From a virus, in IMG/VR virus record IMGVR_UViG_3300042556_001316, positions 2,763 to 66,762 of that record: 64,000 nucleotides of DNA, one strand, 5' to 3'. The translations under genes and the position numbers were made by a program. Under the pieces are notes generated by a model. It was not told where the DNA came from. It did not search any database and saw nothing but the letters and a program-made list of their open reading frames with translations. Shown one piece after another: positions 40,301 to 48,625 of this stretch (within the stretch, counting starts at the first letter, position 1; every line of letters begins with the position of its first letter).

Positions 40301-41803
40301 ATAACCACCATTCCAAACATTTGCAAATCTAGTATTATCGTTATCTAACGCAGGTATAGTAGCAAAAGCTGTTGATGTTAAAACAAATCCACCTGCATAA
40401 GACATTGTTAGCTTATTGCCAACTAATGAAACTTGAGTATATCCTTTTAAAACCATAGCGGCAGATATGCCAGCTAATATATCACTTACTAAATAATTAG
40501 TGGTAAGTCCTGTCGTTGCATAAGATGTACTTAAATCAGTTCCGCTTGCGCTAAAAGAATTTATAAAATAAGTACCTGCTGCGTTATTTAATTCTGTAAC
40601 ATTTCCATTTACACCGTTTGCGCCTGTACCATAAAGATATATATTCATTGTAGTACCAGATCCGCTATCGTTACCATTTACAGAAGCAAAGAAAGATAAG
40701 CCACATTGGTCGTAATAATAACTTGATGCGGTTGAATATGTAGATGCCTGTAAATCAACATTTGTTTTATCGTAACCCTCTAAAATACCTGCATATAATA
40801 ACACGTTACCATTTGCAAGCTCAGATGCATTTGCTCTTTGGGGCACCCAATCCTGCAACTGATCCGCTTCTAAAACATCAATTTGATTATATATTGAATC
40901 ATTATAAAATCTAAAATAATTAATATCATTATCATTTATTGAAAGCGCAGCTTTATCAAAAGACTTTATTAAATACCAGTCACTAGTACCACTACTAAAT
41001 GTTTCTCTAAAAGCAACTTCAATAGCTTTAACATTAGGACCTCCTGTTGAAAAATTAACAGCAATTCTTGAGTTATAAGTATCAGCTGGGATTGGGGGAT
41101 TAGGACTTATATCATTTGTCAGCGTTAATGATGGCTGTTGAGGCAAAGGAACTATGCTCTTTGAACTCCATACAGACTTTTCAAAATTATCGTAAACATA
41201 TCTATAACAAAACTGAAATAATTTGTTTCTTAAATTATTTATAGTAATTGTTGTGTCATTCTCATAAGTAACTTGAGGAGGCATTACGGGCGGAGCTTTT
41301 GCAACTAGCAAATAGTCAGCAACCCAGTTATTGCCATATAAATTATTAACATTTATAGTTCTAGGAGGATTATATCCATCATTAAAGAATATTAAATCTC
41401 CTTCTAAATCTCTGTAATATATATTAATAGATAAAACTTTGTAAGAAGGATTAAAATTTAAAATATCAACCCCGTTACTATTTGTTTTACTTTGAAGAAC
41501 CGTTACAATTGATTGTGTGCTTAAATCATAATAAGCAATAGTATGAAAACCATCACTATTCCATATAAAATAATAAGCCCTATTTCTTACTTTATCTCCG
41601 TAAAACCCAATAACCTTACTTACTCCACTTGGCAAACTGTAGCTTATTATAGTATTTCCTAAAATATTAGAAACTACTTTATCTTGCCCACGACCTTGTG
41701 CGTCTTTTGTGACGTTTAATGCATCTATATAATCATTATTACTGACTCTGTATTCTGCATCATCTAGGTTTAATTTTCCACTAAAAGGAGTATTTATTAT
41801 CAT
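37313..41803 (-). CDS. tail muzzle/stabilisation protein, N-terminal part with Thr-rich extension
   Basis: GKLNLD..YIDALN, YAGDYGI, YFVD..RGVVCRL..DGITPIS; poly-Thr tracts near the C-terminus. Confidence 0.8.
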   Translation of the reverse strand: MIINTPFSGKLNLDDAEYRVSNNDYIDALNVTKDAQGRGQDKVVSNILGNTIISYSLPSGVSKVIGFYGDKVRNRAYYFIWNSDGFHTIAYYDLSTQSIVTVLQSKTNSNGVDILNFNPSYKVLSINIYYRDLEGDLIFFNDGYNPPRTINVNNLYGNNWVADYLLVAKAPPVMPPQVTYENDTTITINNLRNKLFQFCYRYVYDNFEKSVWSSKSIVPLPQQPSLTLTNDISPNPPIPADTYNSRIAVNFSTGGPNVKAIEVAFRETFSSGTSDWYLIKSFDKAALSINDNDINYFRFYNDSIYNQIDVLEADQLQDWVPQRANASELANGNVLLYAGILEGYDKTNVDLQASTYSTASSYYYDQCGLSFFASVNGNDSGSGTTMNIYLYGTGANGVNGNVTELNNAAGTYFINSFSASGTDLSTSYATTGLTTNYLVSDILAGISAAMVLKGYTQVSLVGNKLTMSYAGGFVLTSTAFATIPALDNDNTRFANVWNGGYQYGIQYFDAQGRTIGTQTSPSAVINTPPRFLTDDFPLVNLSILNRPPLYASYYQIVRSNNTTYNKRLCWVSDSAYVSLPDGVDNTKFLYIGIGNIQEYNDQISSTQNVVSYNYTEGDRIKFLRRYDVTGAAQDITSQFDYEIVGTLSTIEYTTTANNNTNTAVGNFLKLRYPTNDISIGFQFPGTEDWQHYEILLYNYTNNASSTQRFFYEFGKQYGIGDAGLPTRYHFGLTKLPNGGTTLALNNGDLFYRLRRVPYSNKYEYTSGVFNIGVSGAFVSRSVSFPITVDTTIDNTSYRIQTQPNVDVALTGSSYPVWSDSGYFFYNKSTTLQQPVSIKGTFNMASDGTSQFSVYALICTNLVPLSPKITISLLPIEVNDIKQNVDTTFTIDKQITVPQTGKVYIVAKSTNDAVGSNSIFVQPMTFEFQVLKGSEIEIIESSFNDTYNLITNSNGRASVIDENASQTYFPTLIRFGQAYQSNTNLNATNRFIYEDFDEYDRSFGDVLRLHVRDRYLKVYQNFKVGNVPILTQIVKDVTGNPLQANSNQLINKIQYYAGDYGIGDAATSLAWNNFADYFVDNFRGVVCRLAQDGITPISITNKTNAFFVATLAAYRQSLNNGVPATGAIYSGNPCIYGVFDANTNKYIIAMEEINRYLPPSTTTTTSGPTTTTTTTTSTTTTTTTTTAAPTTTTTSTTTTTIAPITTTTTSSIFFDIDWRISELSNTGQLIQLWYSTNLGLSWTLWQQSTFNTSNYPLYDLFFGKTFNQGSTPYITITDASGNDIQYGVGNTSGDFESKCGKSNPVIIPSINSNTTVYFNLNVAAGNFVQCVTTTTTTAAPTTTTTIAPTTTTTSTTTTAAPTTTTTSTTTTTTAAPATTTSTTTSTTSTTTTTTEAPTTTTTSTSTTTTLPPTTTTTTLSFYTFPLGVDSISGALACVDFAVTPLNYYSASSVLTNSVVVYQDSALTTVVPNNYYSNGVNNWLVTGGNGTLTTETSC

Positions 41804-41806
41804 ATC

Positions 41807-42577
41807 TTATGCCTTAACAGTCATTCTTTGAGTATCTAAATTCCATTCGTAAGCATCCATAATATATAATGGCTTGAATTGAGCATTTGCCAATCTTCTT
41901 TGATTGTAAAATTCTTGCTTTCTATCTCTTTTATCTCCTAAATTACCTCTTCTAGTAGAAGGCATAGATGCAATATCTCTCCAAGAAATCCATGCAAGCA
42001 TAGCTTCTCTAAATTGAATAGGTATAGAAAATTTTTCTTCAGGATTTCCGCTTGATAAATATTCAATCATTAAATAAGAATAATAGAAATACTGATTTAA
42101 AAGGACAACACCATTTGAATCATCAATGTTAAATTGACCTACAAACGGAGAGCCACTCGGTAATCCATAAATATTTTGAAAACCATATCCATCCCAGTAA
42201 TTAAACCATAAAGGTAAATCTGTTTGATACCATGTTGCCAAAGTATCATCTTGAGTCAAAGCCAATCTATTTGGCTGTTGATCTCCATAAAATGTCATTT
42301 TACTATTAAACTTCAATGGGATAATTTCACCTACCGAGTTTAATACACCTATCTTAGTGTAGCTTATATAATCATTAGGTAACTGTGCAGTATAATTAGT
42401 AGTGTCAACAGGTACCTTAACTGTTCTTATTTTATAAAAAAAGTCAAGACCAAGTTTCTCCATACCACGCACAGCAATATTATATAACTTAGCGTATTTA
42501 TGTACTGACTGTTCACTTTCATCAATGTAATCATTGATAACTGAATCTAATGTTATGTAATTTCTTACTTGGGACAT
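41807..42577 (-). CDS. tail ring/adaptor protein
   Basis: YITLDSVINDY, LPNDYISYTKI; crAss-like ring position. Confidence 0.7.
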   Translation of the reverse strand: MSQVRNYITLDSVINDYIDESEQSVHKYAKLYNIAVRGMEKLGLDFFYKIRTVKVPVDTTNYTAQLPNDYISYTKIGVLNSVGEIIPLKFNSKMTFYGDQQPNRLALTQDDTLATWYQTDLPLWFNYWDGYGFQNIYGLPSGSPFVGQFNIDDSNGVVLLNQYFYYSYLMIEYLSSGNPEEKFSIPIQFREAMLAWISWRDIASMPSTRRGNLGDKRDRKQEFYNQRRLANAQFKPLYIMDAYEWNLDTQRMTVKA

Positions 42578-42579
42578 TT

Positions 42580-42852
42580 TTAATTATTTGAAAAATAAGC
42601 TAATATATCATTTTGACGAATCAAAAAATGGATTTCATTATCTATAATAACAGGTTCCCCTGCTCCTTTTATATGAAAAATGCAATCATCCTTTTTTGCT
42701 TCCATTTTTACTTTAGCAGTTCCGCGACCAACAGAAATTACTTTAGCCTTACTACTTCTCTCCCTAAATCCTTCTGGGATAAATAATCCGCCTTCTGTAA
42801 TTTCATCAGCCATAAATGGTTTTACTAAAACAAAATCTCTAATTGGTTTCAT
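42580..42852 (-). CDS. groES: co-chaperonin GroES (Cpn10)
   Basis: MKPIRDFVLVKP..TEGGLFIP..VISVGRG..IRQNDILA. Confidence 0.9.
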   Translation of the reverse strand: MKPIRDFVLVKPFMADEITEGGLFIPEGFRERSSKAKVISVGRGTAKVKMEAKKDDCIFHIKGAGEPVIIDNEIHFLIRQNDILAYFSNN

Positions 42853-42864
42853 TGGTTGTTATTT

Positions 42865-43497
42865 TTAGTTATTATTATCTACGCCATCATTACTTTGATC
42901 TATAGGTCTTGATTTTTCAAATACCAATTGATTTTTAATATAATCAATAACTATTGGCATATAATCATCAGGAATTATCAATGTTGAATCTAAATCTGTT
43001 GAATCACCCCCACTAACCATTCTTAATGTTGCTTTATATGATGTTAAAGGTATTGAACTTTTTACATAAATATTCTTACCTTCAATCCAGTATGCTATTT
43101 TATTTTGGATAGGTCTTAATTGTTCTTGATAAGCTACCTGATTCATACTTAAAGGTATTGCTGTTTGTGAGGTTTTTTTATCGCCAACAAACTGTAATGT
43201 AGCAACACCTTCATTCCTTCCTAGTGCAACAGGTATAGACGGTAAATCAACTCTATAAGTAACATTATCTACCGTTTCTGCATATATATCTAAGTTCTTA
43301 AAAGTAGTATAAAATGAATTATTTATGTAAGACACGCCATCTATTTGAATGTTGTCTGTATAATTCTTTTTAGCTGCTGCCCCAATAGCATCATTTAGCC
43401 ACTGATTAACTAATCCAAATGTGATATTAGAATCATCAGACGGCTGCCCGTTATATATTTGCCTTAATACTCTTTCTATTAATTGATACCTAGTCAT
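42865..43497 (-). CDS. tail ring/adaptor protein
   Basis: Position between capsid and muzzle genes. Confidence 0.6.
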   Translation of the reverse strand: MTRYQLIERVLRQIYNGQPSDDSNITFGLVNQWLNDAIGAAAKKNYTDNIQIDGVSYINNSFYTTFKNLDIYAETVDNVTYRVDLPSIPVALGRNEGVATLQFVGDKKTSQTAIPLSMNQVAYQEQLRPIQNKIAYWIEGKNIYVKSSIPLTSYKATLRMVSGGDSTDLDSTLIIPDDYMPIVIDYIKNQLVFEKSRPIDQSNDGVDNNN

Positions 43498-44165
43498 TAT
43501 TGTCCAGTTTGGTTTATTTGATTAGCATACTGCATTACTGCACCATCCTGTAAATTTAATCCAACTAATTTCAATGCTCTTGTAATAATTTCAAGAATAT
43601 CTATTTCAGCCCAAACAGGTTGTACGCTTGCGCCAGCATTATAAACAGGTCTACCGCTTACTGTGGTAAATGCCCAAACAATAGCCGGTGCAGATTTTAC
43701 ATAAGACAAAACAGCCGTACCTAATGTTTTAGGATAAAACTGAAATTGATTATTTTCTAACAAGTATATTGGGTTATCCGCAATTGGATCAATTTGACTA
43801 TTGTGATAAGAATACAATTTATCTTGAGAAACAAATCTAACCCTATTTAATCCGTCAGACTTCCACATAGCATCAACTTGCAAAAAGTCTGCTGGTGCTG
43901 GAGCAACTCCAGTTCCGCTATTTATAGTCAAAGTAGATTCTGTAATCAAAGGAGTTAACCTTTGTCTAGTGTTTTCATTTTGACTATAATTAATTCTAGC
44001 TTGCGGCCTTCCGTATTGATATTGCTGAAATTCACCCAATAGATAATCTTGATATGAAATCTGCGCTTGATTTATAGTCAGATTAAACTCCGCTGGAGTT
44101 AAATAGCCATTTTGCGCCTTATTAACCGCAAATTGGCAAATACGATACATATCATTAACATTCAT
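43497..44165 (-). CDS. tail ring/adaptor protein
   Basis: NKAQNGYLTPAEFN..NQAQ; crAss-like ring protein motif. Confidence 0.7.
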   Translation of the reverse strand: MNVNDMYRICQFAVNKAQNGYLTPAEFNLTINQAQISYQDYLLGEFQQYQYGRPQARINYSQNENTRQRLTPLITESTLTINSGTGVAPAPADFLQVDAMWKSDGLNRVRFVSQDKLYSYHNSQIDPIADNPIYLLENNQFQFYPKTLGTAVLSYVKSAPAIVWAFTTVSGRPVYNAGASVQPVWAEIDILEIITRALKLVGLNLQDGAVMQYANQINQTGQ

Positions 44166-44182
44166 TGAAATAAGTTATACAA

Positions 44183-44190
44183 CAAATATA
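44183..44190 (-). promoter_or_regulatory. Bacteroidota -7 promoter element
   Basis: TATATTTG just downstream of the terminator and upstream of the tail genes. Confidence 0.6.
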
Positions 44191-44202
44191 CGAAAAAGTA
44201 AT

Positions 44203-44240
44203 AAAAAAGCCCCGTAATTTTTAGGTTACGAGGGCTTCTT
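44203..44240 (-). terminator. intrinsic terminator
   Basis: AAGCCCCGTAA...TTACGAGGGCTT imperfect hairpin with a U tract on the - strand. Confidence 0.7.
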
Positions 44241-44258
44241 ATATTTGGAGGGAAAGTA

Positions 44259-45149
44259 TTAAACTAGCTTCTTTAATTGCTCTAAAAATGCCTTACTTTC
44301 ATCTTGAGGGTACATTGCAAATTCAACCAAGTAATTTTGCGGTTTTTTATCTGAAGGTATTTTGCAGATAAATCCACCATCACCCGACCAATAAGCAGAA
44401 CCTTTCTTAGTAGTAGTATCTATTTTATTGTCAATCAATGCCTTTTTAACAATAAAAGCAATTTCAACTTCTTTTGAACCAGCGCTTTGCATAAACTTAT
44501 TAGGTTGTGCTTCAGCGTAAAGCTCATAGTCGTTTCTTAATGCTTCTAGTGATTTAGGCATACCTAATTCATCTACAAATGAAATTCCAAGATAATTACA
44601 GTGCTTACGCATTTCTTCGTCAGATGCTAATGAAGCGTATTTAATAGCTTCAACTTTAGCAACTCTCTTAGCGCGTTCAAGTTCTGCTGTTCTTTGAGGA
44701 TTCCATTGAAAAAATGTAACTTTTCTTGTTCCTTTTCTATTTTGGTTATCAAGGTTTGCATTACACAGACTTAGAAACTCAAGAGCTTCTACATCATATT
44801 CTGCTACCCTTAAAACCCTTCTATCAAAAATAAGACTTCTTCTGTTTTGCTCAACAAATGACTTTTCTAGTCCTTTTTGATCTTCTACCCAAATACTAGG
44901 ATAGCCTCTCAAAAGTCTAATTCTCTCCATTCTACCTTTCTTTTCATTCCAAACATCATCAATACCTTCCATATGGTATTTACCATTTTTCTTAGTATCT
45001 GATAATTTAAAAATTTTAAAAGTATTACCGGTAGCTACGGGAGCATCATTAAGTGCTGCTGTAGATTCTTCGTATTGTCTTGATTGTACTACTTCACTTT
45101 GTTGTGAAAAATTGGCTTCTTGTATGCCAACTGCCTTTAAACGAGCCAT
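44259..45149 (-). CDS. conserved protein downstream of the major capsid gene
   Basis: 296 aa; RLLRGYPSIWVEDQ. Confidence 0.7.
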   Translation of the reverse strand: MARLKAVGIQEANFSQQSEVVQSRQYEESTAALNDAPVATGNTFKIFKLSDTKKNGKYHMEGIDDVWNEKKGRMERIRLLRGYPSIWVEDQKGLEKSFVEQNRRSLIFDRRVLRVAEYDVEALEFLSLCNANLDNQNRKGTRKVTFFQWNPQRTAELERAKRVAKVEAIKYASLASDEEMRKHCNYLGISFVDELGMPKSLEALRNDYELYAEAQPNKFMQSAGSKEVEIAFIVKKALIDNKIDTTTKKGSAYWSGDGGFICKIPSDKKPQNYLVEFAMYPQDESKAFLEQLKKLV

Positions 45150-45175
45150 AAAATGGTTTTTATATGTTTAAAATA

Positions 45176-45206
45176 GGTAGCGGCAATCAATAAAGTTGCC
45201 GCTACC
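45176..45206 (-). terminator. hairpin/terminator after the major capsid gene
   Basis: GGTAGCGGCAA-9 nt-TTGCCGCTACC, 11-bp stem. Confidence 0.75.
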
Positions 45207-45230
45207 CGATTAATTAAAGGTAATTAATTA

Positions 45231-46643
45231 TTAGTTACCTTGAAGGATGATAAACTGATTTGCTGCACAAACGCGAGTACCACGATAAGTGATCATTGCG
45301 ATTTGATTAGTCATTGTACCATCTGTTGGATTAGGAGATCCACCACCAAATTGCCATACACGAATACCGTTACCAACAGTACCGCCCACAGGAGGCTGCT
45401 GATACATGATAGTAATGTTCTTGTAAGCTTGAGCGGTTTTTGCATCCTTAGTTTCACCCATTGGATAGATTAAACCAAAATTACGGAAGTAATCTACGTT
45501 AGGAGTTAAACCAGTTGTAACCTCAGTGTTGAATTGAGAGTACTTCTTAACAGATAATAAGTAACCGTCAATGAAGATTTCTTGGAAGCCATAAGCAACA
45601 GAAGCCTCTTTTGACTTTTCGCCTTGACCATAAACGAAAGCACCAGCAGGGTATGCAGCGAAGATACCATCACTGAAGTCTTGTCTTTGGAAGATATCAC
45701 ACAACCAAGCAGATTGCTTAGCACAACCATTAACGTCCATGATACGAGTAATCTCATGAAGCTTAGCGATATCAAGTGTACCCGGAGTGTAACCAACAGT
45801 TTCACCGTCAGCAACTACTTTAGGGATAATACCAACAGAACCTTGAGAATTAGAATCAATAGCGTTATTGTTTTGTAAGTTACCACGCATTAATTTAGCT
45901 TCTACGTTGTTTTTGAAACGTACAAGTGTTTTGTACATACCTTTGTATGTAAATGCAGTAGCACCATTTGCAGCCATATCAGGAGATACAGGGAACTCAT
46001 AATATGTTTCAGCCATTTGCGCTAAGTCGGTATTGCTCCAACCATCACGAATTTCTGTTACATAGTTATCATATCTTTGATCCAATTGGATTAAAGGATT
46101 GATTTGAGTTGAAGCTTCACCAGCATCAGCGTCACCTCCGAATAATAAAACCTCACCAGCAAGTAATGAGTTAACACCAGCTGAAGCAAAACGCTGACTA
46201 GTTTGCTTAGGAGCAACTTCAAATGTGAAAGCATAAGGAGTTGTATCGTCAATTGAAACGATAACACCTTCTACGTTAGAAGAAGCAACACGCAAAGTTT
46301 CTTTTAATCTAAGTGGAGATTGAGTACCATTGTTATAGTACGCTTCTTGACCAAGAGTTAAAGTTAAAGTTGCACCAACACCTGCTGCTACAGTTGATTC
46401 GTTTGTAACACCCGGCATTAATTTACCGCGGTTTTCAAACCAGAAGTAGTTTAAGTTTTTAACTTCTTCCATGCCGCTATGAGCTGCTAACCACCAAGTA
46501 AAATCTTCGTTACCGTACTTTTGAGTGTACTGCTTGTAATACTGTGGGGTTAATAATTGTAAGTCAACCATCAGTTGACGATTCTGGGACTGGAGTGATA
46601 TTGCACCCGGTTGCAGAATATTAGAGGTAGGTATTCCTGCCAT
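45231..46643 (-). CDS. major capsid protein
   Basis: 470 aa after scaffold and portal; strongly biased codons; followed by a hairpin. Confidence 0.85.
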   Translation of the reverse strand: MAGIPTSNILQPGAISLQSQNRQLMVDLQLLTPQYYKQYTQKYGNEDFTWWLAAHSGMEEVKNLNYFWFENRGKLMPGVTNESTVAAGVGATLTLTLGQEAYYNNGTQSPLRLKETLRVASSNVEGVIVSIDDTTPYAFTFEVAPKQTSQRFASAGVNSLLAGEVLLFGGDADAGEASTQINPLIQLDQRYDNYVTEIRDGWSNTDLAQMAETYYEFPVSPDMAANGATAFTYKGMYKTLVRFKNNVEAKLMRGNLQNNNAIDSNSQGSVGIIPKVVADGETVGYTPGTLDIAKLHEITRIMDVNGCAKQSAWLCDIFQRQDFSDGIFAAYPAGAFVYGQGEKSKEASVAYGFQEIFIDGYLLSVKKYSQFNTEVTTGLTPNVDYFRNFGLIYPMGETKDAKTAQAYKNITIMYQQPPVGGTVGNGIRVWQFGGGSPNPTDGTMTNQIAMITYRGTRVCAANQFIILQGN

Positions 46644-46691
46644 AATATTTAGTTTTTAATCTTAACACCTTCTCCAAGGGTAATATTTAAG

Positions 46692-47879
46692 TTACGAACT
46701 AAAAGCCCAGTTAGCCAATTGCTCCTGAATAGCAGCATTTGGATTTAGGCTTGGAGCCGTTCCTTGCGGAGTGGGGGTTTGGTTAAGGTTAATATTACCA
46801 CTTTTCTTTAAATGAGCTAACAATCTTTGAGATGCAGCTTCATTTGCTACCTTTTGCAAAATTCTAGGCAAATTCTCAAGAACATATTTGTCGGCCATTA
46901 TTTGTCTTACATTTGGCTTTCCTTCCTCGTTAAACCATCTGTTTTCTAAATAAGCTTCGCCATCAAAATCTGATAGTTCTTGCTTTAATGCTAATCTCTC
47001 ATCTTCAGCTACGTTAAATGAAATCGGTATTTCAACATCATCGTCTTTAACCGAAACATTAAACCCATTGAAAGATTGAAATTCAGAATCCAGCGTTCTT
47101 TCATAAACAGACCTAGCTTGTTGCAAATATTCAAATTCCTCTTGATATTCCGCTTCTCTACCGGCCTCATTATAAATATCTGGTAGTTTTATTTCACTTT
47201 TTAACTTCGCTATTTCAGGTCTAAGCACTTTTGCTTCAATCATCAGACGTTTCTCTGTGTAATCAGCTTGTGCCTGCCATGTCTTTAACTTTTCAGCATA
47301 ATCCTCATCAGTTTCATCATAACCTTGTTCAGGTTTCAAAGGTACGAAAAATTGATCATAAAATAAAAGATCAACTTCATCTGCACTTAAGTCCTTAAAC
47401 TTGTTTTGAATATTTGTTTTTACAATTTCAGCAGCAATTTCTGTTGTTAATTCAGAACTAGTTAATTTATCAAGTTTTTTTTGTTCGTTTAAAATTTGAT
47501 AAACTTCATCAGTCTTGCCTTCTCTAATTGCATCAAACAAAGTTCTACTAACATCATCAGAAAAATCAAAACTAGGAGATTGCTCTCTTTCTTCAATTAA
47601 TCTTATGAACTCTTCTTCGGCTTCATCTACTGTATCAAATCCAAATCTTTCTTTTATAAAAGAATCTGGATTAAAATTAGAATAATCCGGTTGTTGTTTA
47701 TTATCACTAACAATTGAATCCGGAGATGTGTTAGGTGAATTATCAACGATTTGTTGATCATTTGCAGTAGGGGCTACTTCTACTTGCGGTTGCACTTGTG
47801 GCGCAACATCTTCATCCGAAAACGGATTGTAACCTTCTGCCAGCTTTATTGGAGCTGACATGTCTTGATTTTCTAGCAT
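46692..47879 (-). CDS. putative capsid scaffolding protein
   Basis: Acidic and helical, directly upstream of the capsid gene. Confidence 0.7.
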   Translation of the reverse strand: MLENQDMSAPIKLAEGYNPFSDEDVAPQVQPQVEVAPTANDQQIVDNSPNTSPDSIVSDNKQQPDYSNFNPDSFIKERFGFDTVDEAEEEFIRLIEEREQSPSFDFSDDVSRTLFDAIREGKTDEVYQILNEQKKLDKLTSSELTTEIAAEIVKTNIQNKFKDLSADEVDLLFYDQFFVPLKPEQGYDETDEDYAEKLKTWQAQADYTEKRLMIEAKVLRPEIAKLKSEIKLPDIYNEAGREAEYQEEFEYLQQARSVYERTLDSEFQSFNGFNVSVKDDDVEIPISFNVAEDERLALKQELSDFDGEAYLENRWFNEEGKPNVRQIMADKYVLENLPRILQKVANEAASQRLLAHLKKSGNINLNQTPTPQGTAPSLNPNAAIQEQLANWAFSS

Positions 47880-47903
47880 AAATGCTTATTTTGTTTTTCG
47901 TTA

Positions 47904-48167
47904 TTAATCTATAACTATAGAGCCATCTACATCAATTGTAATGGCATACTTAACACCAGTATTTGTTAGCAATTGAACACCATACCAATCGGATCCATTT
48001 CCATAAATTGGTTGTATCAAATCGCTTTCAGTATATAGAATATTAGCACCAGTCAAAGTTGCTGTGGTTGCATAAACTATTCTGGTTCCTTGTAAAACTC
48101 CAACATTATAAGCTTCCCCAGCTGTTGGATATGTATTTTTAGATAAAACGTATGCGTAACTTGCCAT
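47904..48167 (-). CDS. putative virion decoration protein
   Basis: 87 aa, beta-rich, in the head module. Confidence 0.6.
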   Translation of the reverse strand: MASYAYVLSKNTYPTAGEAYNVGVLQGTRIVYATTATLTGANILYTESDLIQPIYGNGSDWYGVQLLTNTGVKYAITIDVDGSIVID

Positions 48168-48191
48168 TTTATTTTTATTTTTATTTAATTA

Positions 48192-48602
48192 TTATGGGGC
48201 AGTCGTTGTTGTTGTAGTAGGCGCTGCCGTTGTTGTTGTTGTTGTTGAAGCAGAATTAATTAATTGCAAATACTTTCCAATAATTCCAAAAGCAACAATT
48301 CCACTACTTGCTAATGATGAAACATCTGTCTTGGTAGCTAAATTAACACCTAAAACAGGAGTCCAATATAATGGAACTTCTGGAGCAGGTAATAATTGAC
48401 CTGTAATAGATCCATCGTCATTTGTTGTATTAAAAAGAATCGTAGTACCCGGATTTACCACTTGAACTACAGCTGAGTCCCAACCAGATAAATCTTGGTA
48501 AAAACTATTATTAGCATTAAAAGAATCAGTTGCATCTACAACTGTACTAATTTTAGAACTGAATTTTTGAAGTCTTATTAAAATCTTGCTTGCTGTTGCC
48601 AT
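48192..48602 (-). CDS. putative head decoration protein with poly-Thr tail
   Basis: Ends STTTTTTAAPTTTTTTAP. Confidence 0.65.
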   Translation of the reverse strand: MATASKILIRLQKFSSKISTVVDATDSFNANNSFYQDLSGWDSAVVQVVNPGTTILFNTTNDDGSITGQLLPAPEVPLYWTPVLGVNLATKTDVSSLASSGIVAFGIIGKYLQLINSASTTTTTTAAPTTTTTTAP

Positions 48603-48625
48603 TTTATTTTTTTTTTATAGTTTAT

